From NCBI RefSeq assembly GCF_000021865.1, contig NC_014034.1, positions 1,410,001 through 1,442,000 on the forward strand: a stretch of DNA of 32,000 nt. Reading direction: 5' to 3'. The stretch's first letter is position 1. Each line of letters begins with the position of its first letter. This stretch comes from Rhodobacter capsulatus SB 1003. Its GTDB lineage: Bacteria > Pseudomonadota > Alphaproteobacteria > Rhodobacterales > Rhodobacteraceae. Under the pieces are notes generated by a model. It was given only the letters and a program-made list of their open reading frames with translations. It did no database searches and was not told the DNA's origin. Shown here piece after piece: positions 1 to 8,680 of the stretch. The translations under genes and the position numbers were made by a program.

Positions 1-3000
1 CCGGTAGAAGGTGCCCTTCGCGCCGAGCGTTGAATAACGCTGCACGAGCACGTTGCCGTTGTTCACCACCTCAAGGATGCCGGGCTGACCGGAAGGCCTG
101 TTCAGCGCGATTGCCGCCGCGGTGGCGATCCCGGTCGAAACCTTGTAAAAATTGGTATCAACGACCGTGTTGAAGTCATCGGTCGTGGTCAGCGCGGCGC
201 CGGCCCCGAATTTCGTGTCCGCATAGGCCTTGCTCGCCACCTGATTGTCGAGCGTGGGCGTGGCCGCGGGCAGAAGCGGAAGGTCGTTGAAAGTCTTCAC
301 CCCGGATAGCGTCTGCGCCCCGCTGGTCCGCACCACCGTATTGTCGGCCGAGAAGACGTTTCCGGAGAGGGCCAGACCCGATCCTGCCGCATAGCTGCTC
401 GCCGCAACAATTTTGCTGTCGACATACCCTTTCGAGGCGACCTCGGCGGCGAGCGTCGGTGTGGAGGTCGGGATCTGCGGGATCGTCGAAAAAGTTTTCA
501 GCCCGGCAACAGCCTGCGCCCCGGAGGTGTTCACCGTCGGCAGCGTGATCGCAGCGGAACCGTCAAAAGCGACGCCGTTGATATTCGCGGCTGCCGCGAG
601 TTTCGTCGCGGTGGCGGCGTTGCCGGTGATCGAGCCCGCGATCGGTGACATGAAGGTCTTTACGCCCGCCAGCGTCTGCGCGCCTGCGGTCCGCACCACG
701 GTGCCATCGACCGCGAAGTCGGTCCCGGTGAGCGACAGTCCGTCACCCGCCGTGTAAGTCGCCCCAACCTTGCTGTCGACATAGGCCTTCGAGGCCACCT
801 GGCCCGCCGCGGTCGGCGCCGTGGTCGGAATGACCGGGATGGCGGAGAAGGTTTTCGTGCCGCCGATGGTCTCGGCCGTGGTCAGATCGACAAAGCCTCC
901 GTCGACATAGCCCTTGTTCACCAGAGCCGTCGATGTCGTGCCCATCGTCGGCACATAGCTTGTCGTCGACAGGTTCACCGTGCCGGTCGCGGTCAGAGCG
1001 CCGCTGAAGGTCTTCGTCCCCGCAATGCTTTGCGTGCCCGTGGTCCTCACGACCGTCGCATCGACGGCAAAGGTCTGTGTCGTGACATCGAGATCGATCC
1101 CGTCGCCCGCGTTGTACGAGGCAAATGGTTTCCAGGCGAACCAGACACCGGACGAGTTGCGCGTCCGGTAGAAGGTCCCGGTCGAGTTGATTGTCGAATA
1201 GCGCTGCATGATCGAGCCGCCGTTGTTCAGCACCTCAAGCATGCCCGGTTGGCCGCTCGGCCGGTTCAGGGCCAGCGCCGCCGCGGTCGAAATTCCGGTT
1301 GTCGCCTTGTGATAACCGCTCATCAGCACGTCATCGAAGTCATCGGTCGTCGAAAGGACCGAGCCGATGCCGAATTTCGTGTCCGCATAGGCCTTGTTGA
1401 CCGCCTGCAGATCGCTCGTCGGCGCTGTGACCGGCAATATCGGGATGTCGCTGAAGGTCTTCACCCCGGCCACCGCCTGGGCGCCGGTGGTGTTTACCGT
1501 CGGCAGGGTGATCCCGGCCGTGCCGTCGAAGGCCACGCCGTTGATGGTGCGCGCGGAGGCGAGTTTCGTCGCGGTCGCCGCATTGCCGGTAATCGAGCCC
1601 GCGATCGGCGCGGAGAAGGTCTTCACGCCCGCCAGTGTCTGATCGCCCGAGGTGCGCACCACCGTGCCATCAGCCGCGAAGGTGGTGCCGGTGAGCGACA
1701 GGCCAGAGCCCGCGGTATAGGTCGTTCCCACCGCGCCCGCGACCTGGGCGTCGACATAGGCCTTCGACGCCACCTGTCCCGCCACGGTCGGTGCCGTGGT
1801 CGGAATGACCGGGATGTCGCTGAAGGTCTTCACCCCGGCCACCGCTTGGGCACCGGTGGTGTTCACCGTCGGCAGGGTGATGTTGGCCCCGCCATCAAAG
1901 GCGACGCCGTTGATGGTGCGCGCCGTCTGCAGCTCGGAGGCCGTCGCCGCGTTGCCGGTGATCGAGCCTGCGATCGGGGACGAGAAGGTTTTCACCCCGG
2001 CCACCGTCTGGGCGCCGGTGGTATTCACCGTCGGCAGGGTGATGTTGGCACCGCCATCAAAGGCGACGCCGTTGATGGTGCGCGCCGTCTGCAGCTCGGT
2101 GGCCGTCGCCGCATTGCCGGTGATCGAGCCCGCGATCGGCGCGGAGAAGGTCTTTACGCCCGCCAGTGTCTGATCGCCCGAGGTGCGCACCACGGTGCCG
2201 TCAACTGCGAAGGTGGTGCCCGCAAGACACAGGCCGTCTCCCGCGGCATAGGTGGTGCCCACCGCGCCCGCGACTTGGGCGTCAACATAGGCCTTCGAGG
2301 CCACCTGGCCCGCCACGGTCGGTGCCGTGATCGGGATGACCGGGATATCGCTGAAGGTCTTCACCCCTGCCACCGCCTGAGCACCGGTGGTATTCACCGT
2401 CGGCAGTGTGATCCCGGCCGAGCCGTCGAAGGCCACGCCGTTGATGGTTTTCGCCGCCGCCAGCTTCGTTGCCGTCGCCGCATTGCCGGTGATCGAGCCC
2501 GCGATCGGCGCGGAGAAGGTCTTTACGCCGGCCAGCGTCTGATCGCCCGTCGTGCGCACCACCGTGCCGTTCACTGCGAAAGTGGTGCCCGCAAGAGACA
2601 GGCCGTCTCCCGCGGCATAGGTGGTGCCCACCGCGCTCGCGACTTGGGCGTCAACATGGGCCTTCGAGGCCACCTGGCCCGCAAGCGTCGGGGCCGCGGT
2701 CGGGACCGTCGGCAGGGACGAGAAGTTTTTCACACCCGCCAGCGTCTGATTGCCAGAGGTGCGCACAACGGTCGGATCCACCGCCACCGTGATTCCGCCG
2801 CCAAGCGTGCCCGAAGCGGTAATCCCCGATCCCGCGGTGATCGTTCGGTTTGCGAGATTGGTCACACGGGTGTCGAGGGTCGAGACATCTCCCTGCAGGG
2901 TCGTCACCGAGGCGGTGAGCGCAGTCACATCGCCCTCGAGCACGGTCACCCGGCCGGCGAGTCCGTCGGTCAGGCTGTCGACATAGGCCTTGTTGGCGGC

Positions 3001-3828
3001 ATCATTCGCATCATCAGGCGCGCTCGTCACATTGACTTCGCCGCCGAAAGTGACAGCATCGGTGAAGCCCTTGGCCCCGGTGATCGGCGTGCCGCCGATG
3101 ATCTGGTTCGTGCCCATGGTGACATAGCTGCCGCCCGCGACCGAGATCGCGTTGTCGACATAGAGCTTGTTCGCCGCCCCCATGTCGCCGGTCGGCGTCC
3201 GCACCGCGACGGAACCGGTGAAGCTCTTGTCGCCACTCACGCTCTGGTTCGTCGTCAGGGTGACAAGATCATCGACCGCATCGTCGACATAGGCCTTGTT
3301 GGTGACATCGCGCGTCGAGGCGGGCACCTTCGTCACCTGCACGTCGTCGGAAAACAGCACCGGCCCGTCGAAGGTTTTCGCACTGGTGATGGTCTGCGGC
3401 ATGCCCGACTTCGTGACATAGTTGGACAGATCCTGTTCCGGTGGCGTATAGGCGCCGAACATGTCGTCGACATATTGCACGTTGACGCCCGCGCCGGGAT
3501 CAGTGCCGTCCGGAGTGGCGATGCCGGAGATGGAAAAGCCGCTCATGTTCAGCGGCATGGTCGCAACGTGATCGCCCAGGTTGTCGCCGCCCGTTGCCGT
3601 TGTCGTGTCGGCCAGATAGCCGACCGTTCCCTGGATCACGCCGGAGCTCTCCTCCGAGGCCTCGGTGTTGCGATCAATCCGAAACTGCGCCGCGGCCGGA
3701 GAAAGGCCGAACAGAAGGGCGATGACGGACACCGAGAGCAAATGGCGCGCGACGCCAGTCAGCCCCGACCGGGCAAGATCCCCCGGGGGGACGGTGTGAC
3801 TGATTTGTGTCGTCATATTGCGCGCCAT
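1..3828 (-). CDS. Very large secreted fibre/adhesin-like protein built from phage tail-fibre-type repeats (5' part only; the gene runs off the left edge)
   Basis: Not in the ORF track because it has no in-window stop. The reverse strand is open in one frame from ATG 3828 (GAGG about 8-11 nt upstream; alternative in-frame ATG at 3816) down to position 1, which is 1276 codons. The N-terminus MARNMTTQ...HLLSVSVIALLFGLSPAAAQ looks like a signal peptide. It is followed by repeated xNKAYVD motifs, a heptad-like stretch (VTVLEGDVTALTASVTTLQGDVSTLDTRVTNL), and many copies of GSITGNAATATKLAxARTINGVAFDGSAxITLPTVNTTGAQAVAGVKTF, which resembles the phage tail fibre repeat. Confidence 0.8.
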   Translation of the reverse strand, partial: MARNMTTQISHTVPPGDLARSGLTGVARHLLSVSVIALLFGLSPAAAQFRIDRNTEASEESSGVIQGTVGYLADTTTATGGDNLGDHVATMPLNMSGFSISGIATPDGTDPGAGVNVQYVDDMFGAYTPPEQDLSNYVTKSGMPQTITSAKTFDGPVLFSDDVQVTKVPASTRDVTNKAYVDDAVDDLVTLTTNQSVSGDKSFTGSVAVRTPTGDMGAANKLYVDNAISVAGGSYVTMGTNQIIGGTPITGAKGFTDAVTFGGEVNVTSAPDDANDAANKAYVDSLTDGLAGRVTVLEGDVTALTASVTTLQGDVSTLDTRVTNLANRTITAGSGITASGTLGGGITVAVDPTVVRTSGNQTLAGVKNFSSLPTVPTAAPTLAGQVASKAHVDAQVASAVGTTYAAGDGLSLAGTTFAVNGTVVRTTGDQTLAGVKTFSAPIAGSITGNAATATKLAAAKTINGVAFDGSAGITLPTVNTTGAQAVAGVKTFSDIPVIPITAPTVAGQVASKAYVDAQVAGAVGTTYAAGDGLCLAGTTFAVDGTVVRTSGDQTLAGVKTFSAPIAGSITGNAATATELQTARTINGVAFDGGANITLPTVNTTGAQTVAGVKTFSSPIAGSITGNAATASELQTARTINGVAFDGGANITLPTVNTTGAQAVAGVKTFSDIPVIPTTAPTVAGQVASKAYVDAQVAGAVGTTYTAGSGLSLTGTTFAADGTVVRTSGDQTLAGVKTFSAPIAGSITGNAATATKLASARTINGVAFDGTAGITLPTVNTTGAQAVAGVKTFSDIPILPVTAPTSDLQAVNKAYADTKFGIGSVLSTTDDFDDVLMSGYHKATTGISTAAALALNRPSGQPGMLEVLNNGGSIMQRYSTINSTGTFYRTRNSSGVWFAWKPFASYNAGDGIDLDVTTQTFAVDATVVRTTGTQSIAGTKTFSGALTATGTVNLSTTSYVPTMGTTSTALVNKGYVDGGFVDLTTAETIGGTKTFSAIPVIPTTAPTAAGQVASKAYVDSKVGATYTAGDGLSLTGTDFAVDGTVVRTAGAQTLAGVKTFMSPIAGSITGNAATATKLAAAANINGVAFDGSAAITLPTVNTSGAQAVAGLKTFSTIPQIPTSTPTLAAEVASKGYVDSKIVAASSYAAGSGLALSGNVFSADNTVVRTSGAQTLSGVKTFNDLPLLPAATPTLDNQVASKAYADTKFGAGAALTTTDDFNTVVDTNFYKVSTGIATAAAIALNRPSGQPGILEVVNNGNVLVQRYSTLGAKGTFYR
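480..2760. repeat. Intragenic tandem/interspersed repeats with 162-nt and 369-nt periods inside the fibre-like gene
   Basis: The motif gaaggtcttcacccc... recurs at 1453, 1822, 1984 and 2353, with diverged copies near 490, 652 and 2722. Spacings are 369, 162, 369 and 369 nt. This gives a 54-aa fibre repeat and a 123-aa super-module. The + strand track ORFs 1394..1642 and 1796..2173 are antisense images of these repeats. Confidence 0.85.
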
Positions 3829-4072
3829 GATTACGCCTCGTCTACTGGGGACCATTTCCTCCATTGTAATCACGCGAACGAAAGCAACCAAACAAGATGA
3901 GACGGAAATTCACACGAAACGGCGAAATAAGTCGAATTTGCCGCCAATCTCGGAAAAACAATTTCGCAAAACTGTTGATTTCGGCATCTTCAAGCGGCGC
4001 AATGCTGCGCGTTGAATATAATTTCGGAAAAGATGCCATATTTTATTTCCAGACAGCCAGATATCACGCATT

Positions 4073-4096
4073 GAAAATCCGGATTTTCAGATTTTC
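4073..4096. promoter_or_regulatory. Perfect 16-bp palindrome GAAAATCCGGATTTTC plus an adjacent extra half-site GATTTTC; candidate operator
   Basis: Read directly at 4073..4088 (palindrome) and 4090..4096 (half-site). It sits in the AT-rich divergent intergenic region between the fibre-like gene (start 3828, minus strand) and the MgtC-like gene (start 4259, plus strand). Confidence 0.35.
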
Positions 4097-4258
4097 ACCA
4101 TACCGACAAAGTCAGTTGCGTTTTGTCGCGTCAACCACTGGACAGGCCGTGACGGCGATCTGCGAGCCGCGCGAATATATCCGCTGTCCATGGCGTTCCA
4201 GATCAAGGCGCGGGGCGGCAGACTGTGCTGTCATGGGCCAATTGCTCCGGAGGCCCGC

Positions 4259-5509
4259 ATGGAAACCCTGCCGATCCTCGTTCCGCCCGTCCTGAACCTG
4301 GTGAGCGCGATCGCCGTCGGTGCTCTCATTGGCACCGAGCGCGAGCGGCGCAAGGGCGAGGGACCGGCGCGCTCGCCTGCGGGGTTGCGCACCTTTGCCA
4401 TCGCCTCGACCGCCGGGGCGGTGGGTTTCAGTCTGGGCGGGGCGGTGCTTCTGGCCGTCGTCGCGGCCTCGGTCGCGGGGCTGCTGGCCGTGTCTTACGG
4501 CAAGCGTCCGCATCAGGATCCGGGGCTGACCACGGAAATCGTGCTGCTGCTGACGGTGCTGCTCGGTGGGCTCTGCATCCCCGCGCCGCAGATGGCGGCG
4601 GCGATCGCCGTCACGGTGACGGTGCTGCTGCATCTCAAGGCGTGGCTGCACACCTTGGTCACGACGCTGATTTCAAAGGATGAACTCGACGATGCGCTGA
4701 TCTTTGCCGCGGCGACGCTGGTGATCTTGCCCCTGGTGCCGGATCGGCCGATGGGGTCCTGGCTGGCGCTGAACCCGCATTCCTTGGGCATCGTGATCGT
4801 GCTGGTGATGGCGATCGGCGCGGCGGGCTATCTGGCGGTGCGGCTCTTCGGGGCGCGGTTCGGGTTGCCGCTGTCGGGGGCGCTCTCGGGGTTCGTCTCC
4901 AGCACCGCGACGATCGGCGCGATGGGGGCACGGGCGCTGCAATCGCCCGAGATGCGGGCCGCCTGCGTCGCGGGGGCGGTGCTCTCGACCGTGGCGACGG
5001 TGCTGCAGATGGCGCTGGTGCTGGCGGCGGTCAGCCTGCCGACGCTGCGCCAGATGATCCTGCCTTTGGTCTTCGCCGGGGTCACCGCCGTGGTTTACGG
5101 GGTGGTGCTGACGCTGGCGGCGATGCGCCATCCCGCGCCCGAGGCGCCCGGCCCCGGCAGCGCCTTCAGCCTGAAGACGGCGCTGATCTTCGGCACGGTG
5201 CTGGCGCTGGTGCTGGTCCTCGCGGCGGGGTTGCAGGCACATTTCGGCGGATCGGGCGTGCTTCTGGCGGCGACGGCGGCGGGGCTGGTCGACACCCATG
5301 CCTCGGCGATCTCGGTGGCGACGCTGGTCGCGGCGGGCAAGGTTGCTCCCGAGGCGGCGGCGGTGCCGATCCTGGCCGGGCTGAGCGCGAACACGGCGAC
5401 GAAGATCCTCGTGGCGGCGATCAGCGGCGGGCGCGGCTTTGCCCTGCGCGTCGTGCCGGGGCTGGTTCTGGTCATCCTGGCGGCCTGGGCGGGCAGTCTG
5501 TTCTGGTGA
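4259..5509 (+). CDS. Polytopic membrane protein, MgtC/SapB-like N-terminus with DUF4010-like remainder
   Basis: The track ORF is 4190..5509. I prefer ATG 4259 (GGAGG 5 nt upstream, METLPILV...). LVSAIAVGALIGTERERRK...AGLRTFAI matches the MgtC/SapB signature. The rest is a long, highly hydrophobic multi-helix region. Confidence 0.75.
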   Translation: METLPILVPPVLNLVSAIAVGALIGTERERRKGEGPARSPAGLRTFAIASTAGAVGFSLGGAVLLAVVAASVAGLLAVSYGKRPHQDPGLTTEIVLLLTVLLGGLCIPAPQMAAAIAVTVTVLLHLKAWLHTLVTTLISKDELDDALIFAAATLVILPLVPDRPMGSWLALNPHSLGIVIVLVMAIGAAGYLAVRLFGARFGLPLSGALSGFVSSTATIGAMGARALQSPEMRAACVAGAVLSTVATVLQMALVLAAVSLPTLRQMILPLVFAGVTAVVYGVVLTLAAMRHPAPEAPGPGSAFSLKTALIFGTVLALVLVLAAGLQAHFGGSGVLLAATAAGLVDTHASAISVATLVAAGKVAPEAAAVPILAGLSANTATKILVAAISGGRGFALRVVPGLVLVILAAWAGSLFW

Positions 5510-5674
5510 TCGGATGGATCCGAAGCCGGGCACCGTCCCCCTTGTGCCGTCGCAGGATGGCATGTGAGCCGGGCCTTCACACCTTTTCGGCCCGCTCTCC
5601 CGGCGCGCGATTTTGCCATACGCGCACAATACGAAACGGGGTTAGTCTTCCGGAAGAATCGTCAGGGTTGCATC

Positions 5675-6889
5675 ATGTCACTTCGTTTCAGGCAGACTTT
5701 CACACTTTTTCCCGGCGTCCGCATCAATGTCGGCAAGCGCGGCATCAGCACGAGCATCGGGGTCCCGGGCGCAACCTTCAACGTCGGGCGACAGGGCGTC
5801 CGGGCAACAGTCGGGCTGCCCGGAACCGGATTGGGGTTCAGCACCACCGTCATTCCGTTCACCTCATCGCCCGGAGCGGTGGAACTTGCGCCTCCCGCGC
5901 TTCCCCAGAACGCCCCGGCAGCGGTGCCCGCCGAAAGCCCGGCTGCGGGCAATACCCCGGCCTCGGCGAAAATCTACATGCCGGTCTCGGGGATGAACGA
6001 GATCGCCAGCGCCTCGGTCGAGGTTCTGACCAGCACCTCGCTGCTGCCGTTGCGGGATATGATTGCGCAGGCGCGCGAGCAGCGGACGCAGGTCACCGCG
6101 GATCTGAAGGAGGCGAAGGACGCCGAGGCGGCGCAGCAAAACGAGCTGCATCGCCGCCGCCGAAGCCTGTTCCGCTGGTTTTACAAACGGCGCATCGCCG
6201 AGCTTGAGGTCGAATTGCCCGTGACCCAAGCCGAGGTCGCAAGGCTGATCGCCTGGGAGGGCAGCACGAAGATCGACGTGACCTTCGAGTCCGGGGATGC
6301 CGCGCAGCGCGCCTATGCGGAGATGGTCCGGCTGTTCGAGGCGCTGCGACAGAGCGCGAAGAAATGGGATGTCACTTCACACCGGGCGGCGAACCGGGTG
6401 GCGGAGCGCACGACGGCGAGCCGCGTCATCGACCGTCATCCGGTCCGGTTGGAGTTCAGTTCGACGGATCTGATCCGCTTCCCCGGGCGCGCGATGCGCT
6501 TCGAGAACGTCAACGGCGACGATATCCTGATCTATCCCGGCGTCGCGGTCATCCCGCGCGTGGATGGCGCTTTCGCGCTGATCGACATTCGCGAACTCTC
6601 GATTTCGGCGACAAATTCGGGCTGTAAGGAAGAAGACGGCGTTCCGAAGGATGCGGAGGTCATCGGCCACACTTGGGCCAAGGCGAACAAGGACGGCTCG
6701 CCCGACCGGCGTTTCAAGGGAAACTACCAGATCCCCATCTGCCTTTACGGCAGTCTGGCGTTCCAGTCCGGGTCCGGCTTGACGGAGGAATACATGTTCT
6801 CGAACGCAGCGGCGGCCGAGGCCTTCGCGGCCGCGGTCGCAAGATATCAGGTGGCGCTCGCAGAGAGCGACGGGGCCTCGGAGCCGTGA
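5675..6889 (+). CDS. DUF4236-like domain protein with an unassigned C-terminal domain
   Basis: The in-frame ATG at 5675 gives MSLRFRQTFTLFPGVRINVGKRGISTSIGVPGATFNVGRQGVRATVGLPGTGLGFS, the Gly-rich repeat typical of DUF4236 N-termini. It is followed by a Pro/Ala linker, a charged coiled-coil-like segment and about 230 aa that I cannot assign. The track ORF starts at 5564. Confidence 0.7.
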   Translation: MSLRFRQTFTLFPGVRINVGKRGISTSIGVPGATFNVGRQGVRATVGLPGTGLGFSTTVIPFTSSPGAVELAPPALPQNAPAAVPAESPAAGNTPASAKIYMPVSGMNEIASASVEVLTSTSLLPLRDMIAQAREQRTQVTADLKEAKDAEAAQQNELHRRRRSLFRWFYKRRIAELEVELPVTQAEVARLIAWEGSTKIDVTFESGDAAQRAYAEMVRLFEALRQSAKKWDVTSHRAANRVAERTTASRVIDRHPVRLEFSSTDLIRFPGRAMRFENVNGDDILIYPGVAVIPRVDGAFALIDIRELSISATNSGCKEEDGVPKDAEVIGHTWAKANKDGSPDRRFKGNYQIPICLYGSLAFQSGSGLTEEYMFSNAAAAEAFAAAVARYQVALAESDGASEP

Positions 6890-7201
6890 GCCGGGGAGAA
6901 AGAAGTGCCATGAGCGCGAGCCAAAACAGGAGGAAAACGGGCCTACACAGGGATGCGTAACCGCTGGGAATCGCGGAATTGACGATGCGCTCTGCGATAT
7001 CTACGGATTCGGCCCAGACCGGTCGGTCGAGGCCACGCCGTCGCCGCAGCGCGGCTTCTCCGAACTGGACGGCCCATACTTGACGCAGCAAAGTCTTGGG
7101 CGAATGTCGCTGATGCGGACCGAACGGGCCTTCGTTGCTGATGCGTGAGGGACAGCTTTCTTCTGCTGGCCAGACAGTGGCGAGCATGCCAGCATTCCGA
7201 A

Positions 7202-7750
7202 ATGACCCGAGACATCCCAGAACTTCGGGGCGCCCGCGTCCGCCTGCGCCCCTTCCGCAGGTCCGATGTTGACGGGCGGCCCGCTCTCGGGCAGTCACCA
7301 GAAATCGTACATTGCTTCGGAGGCGACCCGACGGGCCTTTCCCCATATGAGGAAGGCGATGCCCGGGCATGGGTGGAGCGGAACCTTGCGCATCCCCTTT
7401 GTTGGGCGGTCGAGCTCGATGGCCGCCTGTTGGGGGAGGTTCGTCTGGACGGGCTTGATCTCCACGACGGCCGGGCGCGCTTGGCAATCGGGCTCTACGA
7501 CCTCTCGCAGCTTGGCAAAGGGCTGGGTCGTGAGGTGATCAAGCTGATCTTGTCGCATGCCTTCGGAACGCTGCAGCTGCACCGGGTCGACTTGCGAGTG
7601 CTCGCATACAATGAGCGAGCGATCCGGTGCTATCGCGCCTGCGGCTTCATCGAAGAAGGGCGCGAACGCGAGAGCGCTCGTGTTGGCGATGCTTGGCACG
7701 ACGACATCATCATGGGGGTGATCGCGCAAGAATACCTTCGTCAGACCTGA
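7202..7750 (+). CDS. GNAT-family N-acetyltransferase (RimJ/RimL-like)
   Basis: Track ORF 7145..7750, with an in-frame ATG at 7202 (MTRDIPELRGARVRLRPFRRSD...). It has a GNAT-type core: LGKGLGRE (the Q/RxxGxG/A acetyl-CoA loop) and HRVDLRVLAYNERAIRCYRACGFIEEGRERE. Confidence 0.8.
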   Translation: MTRDIPELRGARVRLRPFRRSDVDGRPALGQSPEIVHCFGGDPTGLSPYEEGDARAWVERNLAHPLCWAVELDGRLLGEVRLDGLDLHDGRARLAIGLYDLSQLGKGLGREVIKLILSHAFGTLQLHRVDLRVLAYNERAIRCYRACGFIEEGRERESARVGDAWHDDIIMGVIAQEYLRQT

Positions 7751-7896
7751 CAGAGCCGTCGTTCCGGAATGCCGAGGTTTCTACGACCCGCAGCAATGGT
7801 CAAAAATGCTCGCGGTCGACTTGGGCTGCGCCGTGCGTTGAACGTAGACACCGCGGACAAAGCGGATTTTCTGAGCATCTACGCTAACGCCGACTT

Positions 7897-8176
7897 TCAG
7901 TCGGATGAGAAATTGGCGATAAAATCGGCCGATTTCAGATGACCCAGACTTCGGGCCTCTTCCTCTGCGGTTAAGTCATCATCCACAAGGGTCGTAACGG
8001 CCCTATCTGCGCCCGCCATGAGCAGCATACGCATTGACCTGGAACACGAGCATCTTACAATACCTGATGCAACCCAACCGATACCATTCACTTGAAGCGC
8101 GGTCTCAGTGAAACTGGGCTTGAACCGGTCATGCGACAGCGCGGCGGGCCTTTCTCGAGGCCAGTGTCGGTGTGTC
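7897..8176 (-). pseudogene. Possible 3' fragment of a gene cut by the IS66 end at 8177
   Basis: The track ORF 7897..8361 reads straight through the IS66 terminal repeat at 8177, so only the part left of 8177 can be native sequence. This segment is less GC-rich than the core genes. No family recognised. Confidence 0.3.
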
Positions 8177-8196
8177 GTAAACGTTGCATAGGCCCT
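8177..8196. repeat. IS66-family terminal inverted repeat (GTAAACGTTGCATAGGCCCT)
   Basis: It starts with GTAA, as in many IS66-family ends. It matches the reverse complement of 24283..24302 (GTAAGCGGTGCATATACCCC) at 15 of 20 positions. Both ends also carry a subterminal TTTTGC. It lies about 500 nt downstream of the transposase stop. Confidence 0.6.
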
Positions 8197-8680
8197 AAAA
8201 TCCCCGATTTTGCCCCCCTGAGCCGAAAAAACCTTGGGCATAGCCACGTCTAAGGCCGAATCGGCCGGTGATCGGAGACGACAGTTGAGGGGGCTCTGAC
8301 CGGCTGCGCTTCGGGTTAGAAGGTGTGAGGTCGGCAGGCAGCCCCGTCGGCGATATGTCACCTACCTGTCTGATGGGGCTGATCGCTTCGATGCAGCTGG
8401 GGCCGGACGCGATGTCGGCCGCAGGATCGCCGTCGCAACTGGGCGTAGCCGCCGCACCCAGCGCATACGGGGCCGAGAGGCTGGCACGCCGGTGGTCGAC
8501 TATTTCGGGGACCACGAGAAAGCCGATGAAAACGGGGCGCAGGAGCGCCCAGACGTTTTGCCATGCGCAAGATCAGCGCGCACGACTCTTGGCCGGAACC
8601 CCGCTCCCGGGGCCCGGCTGACAAGAGGATATCCCTAGATCGGGGGGATCGCCGCCGAGCAGGCGGCGATCCGGGCGAGG

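Noticed and set aside
1030-3900. 956-aa + strand ORF, the longest ORF in the track
   Set aside because: It is extremely Arg/Gly/His-rich with no recognisable motifs. It lies antisense to a coherent minus-strand frame that has an RBS, a signal peptide and well-formed tail-fibre repeats. It is a classic GC-rich shadow ORF. The same applies to 413..757, 1394..1642, 1796..2173 and 2750..2986.
4112-5629. Minus-strand and alternative-frame ORFs over the MgtC-like gene (e.g. 4673..5629, 5095..5619, 4225..4683)
   Set aside because: They have Arg-rich low-complexity composition. The + frame 4259..5509 gives a coherent polytopic membrane protein.
6714-7487. 257-aa minus-strand ORF overlapping the DUF4236 gene end and the GNAT gene
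   Set aside because: It is Pro/Arg/Gly-rich, has no motifs, and overlaps two well-supported + strand genes.
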